From the NCBI GenBank assembly GCA_038911065.1, contig JBCKBR010000001.1, positions 6,013 through 70,012 of the forward strand: a stretch of DNA of 64,000 nt, given 5' to 3'. Positions 8,913 through 16,586 of this stretch are shown piece by piece (positions within the stretch are counted from its first letter, which is position 1; the number at the start of each line of letters is the position of its first letter). The position numbers and the translations under genes were made by a program. The DNA comes from Gaiellales bacterium (lineage in GTDB: Bacteria > Actinomycetota > Thermoleophilia > Gaiellales > F1-60-MAGs149). Below the pieces are notes generated by a model that made no database searches, was not told the origin of the DNA, and saw nothing but the letters and a program-made list of their open reading frames with translations.

Positions 8913-10756
8913 GACGCGTCCTCCGTGTCGGAACCAACGGGGATAATCACATGGTCGCCATCGGCGTCGACGAAACGTCGGTCGACGAGCCCGTGGTCGT
9001 GGATTTCTCGGTACACATCGCTCGTGTGGATCAGCTCGTCGTGCGTGCCGTCAGCCGCAATGCGACCATCATCGTCGAGCACAACAATGCGATCGGCCAG
9101 AGCAATCGTGGATAGTCGATGCGCGATGATCAGCGTCGTGCGTCCCTGCATGACCTCTTCGAGTGCGCGACGAATACGACTCTCGGTCGAGGCGTCGACG
9201 GAGGCGGTGGCATCGTCGAGGATCAGGATGCGCGGATCGAGCAACAGTGCGCGTGCGATGGCGATGCGCTGGCGCTGCCCGCCCGAAAGTGTCAGGCCAC
9301 GCTCGCCAACCAGTGTCTCGTATCCGTCTGGTAGCTCCTCAATAAACGCTGCAGCCTGGGCGCGAGCGGCGGCCTGGCGGACGTCTGCGTCGCTTGCCTC
9401 GGGCCGACCAAAGGCGATATTGGCACGGATCGATGCCGAAAAAAGGTACGTGTCCTCAGCAACCGTGCCAATTGCTCCACGCAACTCGTCGAGCATCAGG
9501 TCCCGCACATCGATGCCTTCGACACGCACCGAGCCAAGCTGCACGTCGTAGAAGCGGGGCACCAACTGCGTCAGCGTCGTCTTGCCCGAACCGGTGCGGC
9601 CGATGATTGCCACCGTCGAGCCGGGCGCGATGTCGAGCGTGATGTCGCGCAGTACTGGGCGTTCCGCGTGATAGCCAAACTGGACGCCTTCGAATTGGAT
9701 CGCGCCGCCACCTTCAGGCAGGTGTTGTGCTTCGGGTCCATCGACAATCTCGGCCTCCGTATCGAGAATCGCGAAGATGCGAATCGCCGAGGCGACGAAT
9801 CGCTGCGCCTCGCCGATCCATGCGCCGAGCATCCGCAGTGGCATCACAATCAACGCGACGAGCAGGCTGTACGTCACGAAATCGCCGAGGCTCATCTGGT
9901 TGTTGATCACCGCGTAGCCGCCGCCGAGGATCAGGAGCGCCAGCGAGATCGTGGGTAGGAAGTCCATGATCGGCACGAACTGCGAGCGCAGTTTCGTTGC
10001 CATCACGTTGAGCGTAAAGACATCGTTGGCACGTGCTCGGAAACGCTCGGCCTCCTTGTCTTCTTGACCAAAGGCCTTGATCACGCGCACACCGACAACG
10101 GATTCTTCGGCCTGCGTCGTGACCTGCGCGAGTGCCTGTTGCGCCTCCGTCACGATCGGCTGGGCGCGGCGCGAATACATCACGGCAAGCACACCGAGCG
10201 GCGGCACGATCACCAGCACCATCAACGCGACCAGCGGATTCATCCACAACAGCACGGCCATCACGGCGACGACCGACACGGTGTGCTGCGTAAAGAAGAG
10301 GATGCCGTAGCCGAGAAATAGGCGCAGGCTCGTCAGGTCGACGGTGGCGCGGCTCATAATCTGGCCCGTCTGATTGCGATCGTAGAACGGGAACGAGAGC
10401 GATAAGAGGTGGTGGTAGACGAGGTTGCGGAGATCCTGCTCGATATCGACAGCCATCGTCCCAGCGATGATGCGACGGAAGTACATCACCACGAAGCGTG
10501 CGACAGCAAGACAGAGAATCAGGATGATCAGGTAGCGCAGCTGCTCCATGTCGCGTGGCTGCATTGCCTCGTCGATGACGCGGCCGGTCGCCCACGGGAT
10601 CGAGATCGTAAAGATCTGGCCGAAAACTGCGAGCACGATCGACGCCCATAGCGCGCGACGATGGTTGCGCGTCAGGCCAACGCCGCGACGCATCGTCGGC
10701 CAGAAGGTCTTGCGCAGCTCGGCGCCGGAGGTGAGTTCGAGAGATTGTTGGTTCAT
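8909..10756 (-). CDS. ABC exporter, fused permease/ATPase subunit (degenerate Walker B, canonical signature)
   Basis: Walker A GRTGSGKTT, signature LSGGQRQR, Walker B ILILDDATASVD (Asp replaces the catalytic Glu). Start moved to MNQQSLEL (ATG ending at 10756). 4-nt overlap with the partner gene. Confidence 0.9.
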   Translation of the reverse strand: MNQQSLELTSGAELRKTFWPTMRRGVGLTRNHRRALWASIVLAVFGQIFTISIPWATGRVIDEAMQPRDMEQLRYLIILILCLAVARFVVMYFRRIIAGTMAVDIEQDLRNLVYHHLLSLSFPFYDRNQTGQIMSRATVDLTSLRLFLGYGILFFTQHTVSVVAVMAVLLWMNPLVALMVLVIVPPLGVLAVMYSRRAQPIVTEAQQALAQVTTQAEESVVGVRVIKAFGQEDKEAERFRARANDVFTLNVMATKLRSQFVPIMDFLPTISLALLILGGGYAVINNQMSLGDFVTYSLLVALIVMPLRMLGAWIGEAQRFVASAIRIFAILDTEAEIVDGPEAQHLPEGGGAIQFEGVQFGYHAERPVLRDITLDIAPGSTVAIIGRTGSGKTTLTQLVPRFYDVQLGSVRVEGIDVRDLMLDELRGAIGTVAEDTYLFSASIRANIAFGRPEASDADVRQAAARAQAAAFIEELPDGYETLVGERGLTLSGGQRQRIAIARALLLDPRILILDDATASVDASTESRIRRALEEVMQGRTTLIIAHRLSTIALADRIVVLDDDGRIAADGTHDELIHTSDVYREIHDHGLVDRRFVDADGDHVIIPVGSDTEDAS

Positions 10757-10820
10757 CGGTTGGCGGCGCGCGCCTACAGAGTGCAACGCCGCACGGGTCG
10801 CGGTGCTTCCCTGATTGCGT

Positions 10821-11030
10821 TTAGCGCAAGCCGAAGTGGGCTTCGACGATCTCCGCAGCAGCATCGTACTGCTCGTCATCGACGAAGAGTTCACGCGGAC
10901 CGCCGCCAAGGAAGTCAGGCACGTCCGAGCCCTTGGGTCGCTTGATCAAGACGCGAATGCCATCCTCGTCGAGTAGGCCAGCGATCATCTCGGCCTCGAA
11001 CAGGCTCGGGGTCCAGGTCAGGCGCCGCAT
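10821..11030 (-). CDS. Small DUF2007-like protein (putative signal-transducing fold)
   Basis: 69 aa. FEAEMIAGLLDEDGIRV ... DDEQYDAAAEIV resembles the DUF2007 pattern from memory. Confidence 0.5.
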   Translation of the reverse strand: MRRLTWTPSLFEAEMIAGLLDEDGIRVLIKRPKGSDVPDFLGGGPRELFVDDEQYDAAAEIVEAHFGLR

Positions 11031-11075
11031 ACGTTCACCGTACCCTGCTTGATCTGAACAATGGGGGTTATGACT

Positions 11076-11170
11076 CGATTTCGTGATGGGGGGGCGGATC
11101 CCACAACCGCGCGGTTGTGGGGTCCGCCCATCCGCGCGGTTGTGGGATCCGCCCCCCCATCACGAAATCG
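11076..11170. repeat. 95-nt palindrome with perfect 39-nt arms that contains REP-like cores
   Basis: 11076-11114 is the exact reverse complement of 11132-11170; the loop is 17 nt. A 36-nt REP-like core lies at 11093-11128. Confidence 0.95.
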
Positions 11171-11191
11171 AACCCGACCCCATTGCCCACA

Positions 11192-12148
11192 TCAACCATC
11201 GTCCCGTCCGCCGTTCTTGATCAGCACAGCGTCGCCACGCTCACGAAACGGCAGTGCGATCAGGTCGAGGTCGCGGGGCACGACGACATTGTCGTGCAAT
11301 GCCTCCGCCTCGGCCTTGACGAGTTTCGGCTGTGAACGCATCGAGAGATGCGTCAACGCGAGCATTCGCACTCGTGCCTCGGCAGCGATTTCGGCGGCCT
11401 CACGCGCCGTCGAATGGTACGTGTCGCGGGCACGATCGATCTCCTCATCGAGGAATGTTGCCTCGTGCACGAGCAGGTCGCAGTCGATTGCACGCGCCAC
11501 AATCGCATCGCATGGGCGCGTGTCACCCGAGCAGACGATCGTGCGCCCAAAGCGTGTCTCGCCGACAAGGCCCTCCGGGGTAATCACGGTGCCATTGTCG
11601 AGCGTAATCGTCTCGCCGCGCTGCAACTCGCCATTGAGGGGACCATCCGGCACGCCTGCAGCCCGCGCCTTATCAACATCGAATCGGCCTGGCCGATCAT
11701 CCTCGACGAGCGCCCAACCGACGCTCGGAATGCGATGACGCGTGCCGATCGCCTCGAGGCGGTAGCCATCACAATTGACCTCCGCGCCCGGCTCGATCTC
11801 GACGATGGCAAACGGGTATGGCAGCTTGCCGAGCAGTGGTGCGAGCGAGTCGAGCACGTTCTTGATGCCCTCGGGTCCATAGAGGGCCAGCGGAGCCGTG
11901 CGCTCGCGCAGCGCGAAGGTGCGCAGCAGGCCCGGTAATCCGAGGATATGGTCGGCATGGCCGTGCGTGATTAGGATCACGTCGATATCCGTCAGGCCCG
12001 CGACACTCTGCATCAGGCGACGCTGCGTGCCTTCACCACAATCGACGAGGATGCGCTCGCCGCCACGACGAATTAGCGTTGCTGCCGTCGAGCGGGTAGC
12101 GGTGGGCACCGAGCCAGCGGTGCCGAGAAAGATGACGTCAAGATCCAC
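11192..12148 (-). CDS. rnz: Ribonuclease Z (tRNA 3' endonuclease)
   Basis: MDLDVIFLGTAGSVPT N-terminus and the metallo-beta-lactamase motif ITHGHADHILG. 318 aa. Confidence 0.9.
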   Translation of the reverse strand: MDLDVIFLGTAGSVPTATRSTAATLIRRGGERILVDCGEGTQRRLMQSVAGLTDIDVILITHGHADHILGLPGLLRTFALRERTAPLALYGPEGIKNVLDSLAPLLGKLPYPFAIVEIEPGAEVNCDGYRLEAIGTRHRIPSVGWALVEDDRPGRFDVDKARAAGVPDGPLNGELQRGETITLDNGTVITPEGLVGETRFGRTIVCSGDTRPCDAIVARAIDCDLLVHEATFLDEEIDRARDTYHSTAREAAEIAAEARVRMLALTHLSMRSQPKLVKAEAEALHDNVVVPRDLDLIALPFRERGDAVLIKNGGRDDG

Positions 12149-12186
12149 GGGGGAGTCGTAGCGTACCCCGAAGCCGCGGTTGTGGG

Positions 12187-13248
12187 CTAGGAGTTCGGTC
12201 GCAATGCTGCATCGATCTGTTTGATCAATGAGGACTCGTCCAGCGTCGGGTCGAAATGCATGCCTTCGGAGTAGAGCTGGAAGGCGCGACGCGCATCGCC
12301 GGTAGCGAGCACGCGTCGAGCAAGCACCATGCGCGATAGTGCTGCTTCGTTGCGAATCTTCGCGAGGCGCTGGGGCGCGTCACTAAAGCCACCGATGGCA
12401 GTCATGCCGTCGATCGCCTCTTGCCAGTTGCCATCCTTGTAGGCGGCTTCGGCTCGGGTGTAGGTCGCCTGTGCTGCGAAGTTGGCGTTGATCGTCGCGT
12501 TCGTGTTGGCGTTGATCTGCGCGACCATCACCTTCTGCGCGGTTGCTTGCGCCTGGCCGAGTTGGGGTGCAGCCTGCAGCGCGCCATCGACCGAGGCGCG
12601 GGCTCCGACGAGGTCGCCGGCTGTCAGTTGCGCTTCGGCCTGCACGCTGAGGGCAATGGCGTTGGCAACGTTGCCGCGGTCACGCATCCACTTGCGGCCC
12701 GGCTGCACGGCGGCGACTACCGAGATCATCAGCAGGATGATCATCAGCAACGCGCCAAGGATGCGACCACGCGGCACGATGCGCGGCACGACGCGGTCGA
12801 GGCGATGCATCTGCGTCCATGTCAGCCAGACACCGACGAGCACGAAGGGAAGGAAGCCCACAAACGCGACCTTGCTGGCGACGCCGCCGGCGAGCAGCGC
12901 GAGGATGCCAATTGCCAGTGCGCCTTGCAGGGCGAAACGATTCGAGGGGCGCAGCGTCGTGACGCCGCTCGGTCCGGCGTCGCCGGGAGTGGGGCGGCAG
13001 CGCACGCCGTGGCGCTTGAGGACGTCCTCGGCGAAATCGAGTGGCTCGCGTTCAGCCTCGGCAATCTCCTCGTCGGTCGCATCGTCGGGAAGCGGCTCGG
13101 GATCGTAGGGCAATGGCAGCGTCTCGAGCATGTCACTGATGCGCATGCTGAGGCCCGCTTCACCAGCCTTGGCGGAGCGTTCGCGCAAGACTTGGGCGCG
13201 CGTCCGCAGCTCGCTCCAGCTGATGCGTTGTTCGGTCGTCGTCGCCAT
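12187..13248 (-). CDS. Hypothetical membrane protein with an acidic N-terminus and a helical-repeat C-terminal domain
   Basis: 353-aa ORF with three hydrophobic segments in the middle and an Ala/Gln-rich helical C-terminus. No recognisable catalytic motif. Confidence 0.5.
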   Translation of the reverse strand: MATTTEQRISWSELRTRAQVLRERSAKAGEAGLSMRISDMLETLPLPYDPEPLPDDATDEEIAEAEREPLDFAEDVLKRHGVRCRPTPGDAGPSGVTTLRPSNRFALQGALAIGILALLAGGVASKVAFVGFLPFVLVGVWLTWTQMHRLDRVVPRIVPRGRILGALLMIILLMISVVAAVQPGRKWMRDRGNVANAIALSVQAEAQLTAGDLVGARASVDGALQAAPQLGQAQATAQKVMVAQINANTNATINANFAAQATYTRAEAAYKDGNWQEAIDGMTAIGGFSDAPQRLAKIRNEAALSRMVLARRVLATGDARRAFQLYSEGMHFDPTLDESSLIKQIDAALRPNS

Positions 13249-13322
13249 TCGGGATGGACTATATCGGACGGGTTGGGCGAGCGAGCGCCTTCGAAGCGGA
13301 AAGCGTGGCTATGCTTGCAGAC

Positions 13323-13754
13323 ATGTCGAAGAAGAAGCAGCGTGATCGCGAAGAGCGGTATCGGCGACATGGCGTGGAGCGTCCGCGTTCGCCGCAGATC
13401 GACGAGAAGGAATCGCGCGACGAGAGCGCGGCGGATTCCAAGGCGAAGGGGTCGAAGGGACGCCGAACGCCCGCGCCACGTCGTGCACGCAAGCCGGTTG
13501 CGTACCCGACGTTGTTCCGTTGTCTGGTGCGCGCGCCGCTGTTTGGGTTGATGTGGTTTGTGATCGCCCGCTTCTTCCTCGGTGAGTCGGGTAATACGGT
13601 CAATGCGGACATCTTGCAGGCTGTGATCTTGTCGGGCGCGATGGTGCCACTCTTGTTTATGGCCGACACGGTCACGTATCGGCTCGCTCGGCGGCGTAAC
13701 CTAGAGGTTGCGGAGCGGCCGGCCGACGGGTGGTTCGGGTTTCCGGGCAGGTAA
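13323..13754 (+). CDS. Hypothetical small membrane protein (basic N-terminus, 2-3 TM segments)
   Basis: ORF 13254-13754. Start uncertain (13254, 13311 or ATG 13323, giving MSKKKQRDRE). Confidence 0.45.
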   Translation: MSKKKQRDREERYRRHGVERPRSPQIDEKESRDESAADSKAKGSKGRRTPAPRRARKPVAYPTLFRCLVRAPLFGLMWFVIARFFLGESGNTVNADILQAVILSGAMVPLLFMADTVTYRLARRRNLEVAERPADGWFGFPGR

Positions 13755-13928
13755 TTTCGTGGTGGGTCGGGTTTCCGGGCAAGCGTTGAGTCGTGGCACG
13801 GTGCGTGCTGCTTCGGTGCGGGTGTGGCACGCGGCGCGGTTAGTGGAGTTGTGATGCGGCGCGTGTCTGCGCGCTGGGTGCTCGTTCTGTTCACGAACGA
13901 CTGATCCGCGAACCCGCATCGTGGCGGC

Positions 13929-14780
13929 ATGCGACGCGCGCAGGCCACGATCGAGTTGTTGGTGTTGTTGGGTGTGGCGGTGGTGTTGATGGGCTTCGTG
14001 ATCGCGGCGACGCGGTCGGATGCCGCTTCGTATACGCGGCGGCTTGTCGAGGCGATTCCGGGGCATCAGCCGGTGCGGCGCGATGATCGGTGGGCGTTAC
14101 GGAGCGATCCTTACGGTCCGTTGTTGCGTCGCTACACGCCGACGCTGGTGTTGGAGCGCGATCGTTATGGCGAGGATGCGGCGATGCCCGTCGATGTGGC
14201 GGTCTGTCGGAAGCCGTGGTGTGCGGCCTTTGGTGTGGGGCGGCCAGCGATCTTCACGCATTTGGTGCGGAAGCCGGGAGTGACGTTTTTGCAGTACTGG
14301 TTTTATTACCCCGATTCGAAGACGACGCATGCGCCGGTGGCGCGGTGGCGCGGGTATCACCGCGACGATTGGGAGGGTCTGATTGTGCGGATTCCCGATG
14401 GAGGGCCGGCGGCTGCTCGTGTGACGGCGCATCTTGGTTTGGTCGGTGCGAGGGCGGGCTGGTTTGGCGATCCGGGTTGGCGGCCGATTGCTGCGCATCC
14501 AGTGGTGTATCGCGCTGCTGGTTCGCATGCGAATGGTTTTGAGCGGCTCGGTATTGATGCGCCGTTGGATGTCTGGAATGGTGATCTCGGCCGCGTCGAC
14601 TCGGCTGCCTTCCAACTGATCGCGGGCGATACGGCGCCGGCCCTGCGCTTTCGCTACGACCCAGCAGCGGTACCACCGTGGCGCAAGGCGCTGTGGTCGA
14701 ATCCTGAGGCGACGAACACGGGTGGCGCGCCCCCAAGCGGACGCGGCTGTCCATGGCGCAATTGTGGAGGGCGGACATGA
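13929..14780 (+). CDS. Hypothetical exported protein with a TadE/prepilin-like N-terminus
   Basis: MRRAQATIELLVLLGVAVVLMGFVIAA is followed by a globular domain with YWFYYPDS ... GYHRDDWEG. The stop codon TGA 14778-14780 lies inside REP copy 1. Confidence 0.5.
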   Translation: MRRAQATIELLVLLGVAVVLMGFVIAATRSDAASYTRRLVEAIPGHQPVRRDDRWALRSDPYGPLLRRYTPTLVLERDRYGEDAAMPVDVAVCRKPWCAAFGVGRPAIFTHLVRKPGVTFLQYWFYYPDSKTTHAPVARWRGYHRDDWEGLIVRIPDGGPAAARVTAHLGLVGARAGWFGDPGWRPIAAHPVVYRAAGSHANGFERLGIDAPLDVWNGDLGRVDSAAFQLIAGDTAPALRFRYDPAAVPPWRKALWSNPEATNTGGAPPSGRGCPWRNCGGRT

Positions 14781-14983
14781 CATCCGCGGGGTTGTGGCGT
14801 CCGCCTGCACGCACCACCAAGGCGGACCTCACATCCGCGGGGTTGTGGCGTCCGCCTGCACGCACCAGTCACCACCGCAGCGTCCACCAGCCCCAAGGCG
14901 GACCTGACATCCGCGGGGTTGTGGCGTCCGCCCTCGCGCAGCGGCAAGGCGGACCTGACATCCGCGGGGTTGTGGCGTCCGCC
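14770..14983 (+). repeat. Array of four 36-nt REP hairpin units
   Basis: GGCGGAC-NNN-ACATCCGCGGGGTTGTGGCGTCCGCC at 14770-14805, 14821-14856, 14897-14932 and 14948-14983. Only positions 8-10 vary (ATG/CTC/CTG). Confidence 0.95.
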
Positions 14984-14994
14984 TTGGGGCAGCT

Positions 14995-15909
14995 GTGACG
15001 ACGCCTCGCCGATTCGATGACGGGCCTGGCGCGATCAATCACGTCATCGCTCAAGGAGTGTTTGGTGACAAGCTCGCGCCGGATGCCTCCTGGGGGACAG
15101 AGCTCTTTGGCACTCTGGTGCGCGAGGCGCACGAGCGTGGTTGGGATATCTGGTCGCTCTGCATTATGGGAACCCACTATCACCTGCTCGTGTCCACGCC
15201 TGATGGGAGCCTTGCTGAGGGGATTCAGCGTGCCCATACCGCACACGCCATTCGTCGCAATCGGCATCATGCGACGCGCCGGGGTGCTGTTTTTGGCAGG
15301 CGTTACGAAGTCTTTCCGATTCGTGACGGCGAGCACCTCAGAAACGCGCTGCGGTACATCCCACGCAACCCTGTCAAGGCTGGCTTGTGTCGCGAACCTG
15401 GTGATTGGCCGTACGGGACGTATCGCGCGATCGCCGGTATCGAACCGTGTGCGAAGTGGATTCCGAAAGCGCGTATCTTCACTGCGTTGGAGGGGGATTT
15501 CAGCGATCCGTACGAGACGTGGTTCGGCGAGCACCACTACCGCCGATTGTGTAGTTCGCTGATCGAGACACCGACGCCGCCACTGCGGCACGACGATTGG
15601 AACCGCTACGACACGGAGTGCTTGCGCGCTGCGGGCAAGTCGACCAAGCAGATCGCAGAGGCCTTGCAGTTGTCGACGCGTCATGTGCGGCGTTTGAGCG
15701 AAGGGCGGACCTCACATCCGCGGGGTTGTGGCGTCCGCCTTCGCACATCACCCACCACCGCATCGTCCACCAGCTCCAGGGCGGACCTGACATCCGCGGG
15801 GTTGTGGCGTCCGCCTTGGGTAGGGCGGACGCCACAACCCCGCGGATGTCAGGTCCGCCCTGGAGAGATGGCTGTCACGTCCGCAAGATCGACTAGAGTC
15901 CTGTCCTGA
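14995..15909 (+). CDS. REP-associated tyrosine transposase (IS200/Y1 HUH superfamily) with a C-terminal HTH
   Basis: HUH motif THYHLLV (codons 60-66), tyrosine motif LRYIPRNPVKAGL (Y121), HTH-like KSTKQIAEALQLSTRHVRRL (about codons 214-234). Codons 237-304 are read from REP DNA. Confidence 0.85.
   Translation: MTTPRRFDDGPGAINHVIAQGVFGDKLAPDASWGTELFGTLVREAHERGWDIWSLCIMGTHYHLLVSTPDGSLAEGIQRAHTAHAIRRNRHHATRRGAVFGRRYEVFPIRDGEHLRNALRYIPRNPVKAGLCREPGDWPYGTYRAIAGIEPCAKWIPKARIFTALEGDFSDPYETWFGEHHYRRLCSSLIETPTPPLRHDDWNRYDTECLRAAGKSTKQIAEALQLSTRHVRRLSEGRTSHPRGCGVRLRTSPTTASSTSSRADLTSAGLWRPPWVGRTPQPRGCQVRPGEMAVTSARSTRVLS
15704..15859. repeat. Three REP units downstream of the RAYT gene (two direct, one inverted)
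   Basis: 15704-15739 (+), 15780-15815 (+), 15824-15859 (inverted). The last two form an inverted doublet with an 8-nt gap. Confidence 0.95.
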
Positions 15910-15928
15910 CCTAGTCCGCCCCTTTAAA

Positions 15929-15953
15929 CCGGTCCTGTGAGGCCGGGAAGGAG
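15929..15953 (+). promoter_or_regulatory. PyrR-binding-loop-like RNA hairpin abutting a Shine-Dalgarno sequence
   Basis: CCGG-UCCUGUGAGG-CCGG (15929-15946). GGUCCUGUGAGGCC resembles the PyrR box ARUCCAGAGAGGYU. AAGGAG lies at 15948-15953. Confidence 0.6.
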
Positions 15954-15966
15954 CTCGTTCAGCACC

Positions 15967-16005
15967 ATGATCGTCTCTTCTCGCAACTGGCGCGTGCGCC
16001 GGTGA
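15967..16005 (+). other. Candidate 12-codon leader ORF ([12 protein letters not shown]) coupled to pyrR
   Basis: ATG 15967 lies 13 nt after AAGGAG. Its TGA (16003-16005) overlaps the pyrR GTG (16002-16004) as GTGA. Confidence 0.35.
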
Positions 16006-16586
16006 GCCCTCTGCAGACGCGCGTATTGCTCGATGCTGATCAGATTGCGCGCACGCTTGCGCGGATTGGATCTGAGATTGTCGAGCGCCACCCCGATCTG
16101 TCGAGCGTGCATCTCGTCGGCATTCGCTCGCGTGGCGTGCCGATCGCGGAGCGCATCCGCGACCGCATCAAGGAGACGACGGGTGTTGAGGTGCCGGTCG
16201 GTGCCGTCGACATCAGCTTCTATCGCGACGATGTCGGCTTGCGTTCCGGTGTAGATGAGCGCCTGGGCGACCATCCGATCGTTGGTGAGACGATCCTCGA
16301 CGGGCCGGTCGAGGGTGCGACGGTGGTGCTCGTTGACGATGTGCTCTACACGGGCCGCACGGTGCGCGCGGCAATCGACGCGATCTTCGATTACGGCCGC
16401 CCGGCGTGTATCGAGCTCGCTGTGCTCGCCGATCGTGGACATCGCGAACTACCGTTCCGAGCGGACTTCGTGGGCAAGAATCTGCCAACGCAGCTTGCGG
16501 AGCATGTGCGGGTGCGACTGGTTGAGACGGATGGGGTCGACGAGGTTGTGCTGATTGGCGGCGGCGGCGAGGGGGAGACAACATGA
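16002..16586 (+). CDS. pyrR: Pyrimidine operon regulator / uracil phosphoribosyltransferase PyrR
   Basis: [14 protein letters not shown] and the PRPP motif [17 protein letters not shown]. 194 aa. Confidence 0.95.
   Translation: MSPLQTRVLLDADQIARTLARIGSEIVERHPDLSSVHLVGIRSRGVPIAERIRDRIKETTGVEVPVGAVDISFYRDDVGLRSGVDERLGDHPIVGETILDGPVEGATVVLVDDVLYTGRTVRAAIDAIFDYGRPACIELAVLADRGHRELPFRADFVGKNLPTQLAEHVRVRLVETDGVDEVVLIGGGGEGETT

Larger units (their letters stand above)
14770..15859 (+). mobile_element. REP/RAYT module (REP arrays plus REP-associated tyrosine transposase)
   Basis: Four REPs upstream and three downstream of a Y1/HUH transposase-like ORF; see the component features. Confidence 0.8.

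Noticed and set aside
10757-10909. N-terminal extension of the ABC exporter ORF overlapping the DUF2007-like gene
   Set aside because: The extension is Ser/Thr/Arg-rich and overlaps a separate small gene. MNQQSLEL at ATG 10756 precedes the first TM helix at a normal distance.
14770-14983. Possible CRISPR array (36-nt repeats in tandem)
   Set aside because: Spacers are 15, 40 and 15 nt, too short and irregular, and are related to each other and to the spacer at 15740-15779. No cas genes are present. The repeats flank a Y1 transposase and recur singly or inverted elsewhere, which fits REP elements.
14995-15909. Ordinary IS200/IS605 insertion sequence
   Set aside because: There is no tnpB/accessory ORF and no distinct left/right IS ends. 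Instead, multiple copies of one short palindrome lie on both sides and also dispersed without the gene, which is the RAYT/REP pattern.
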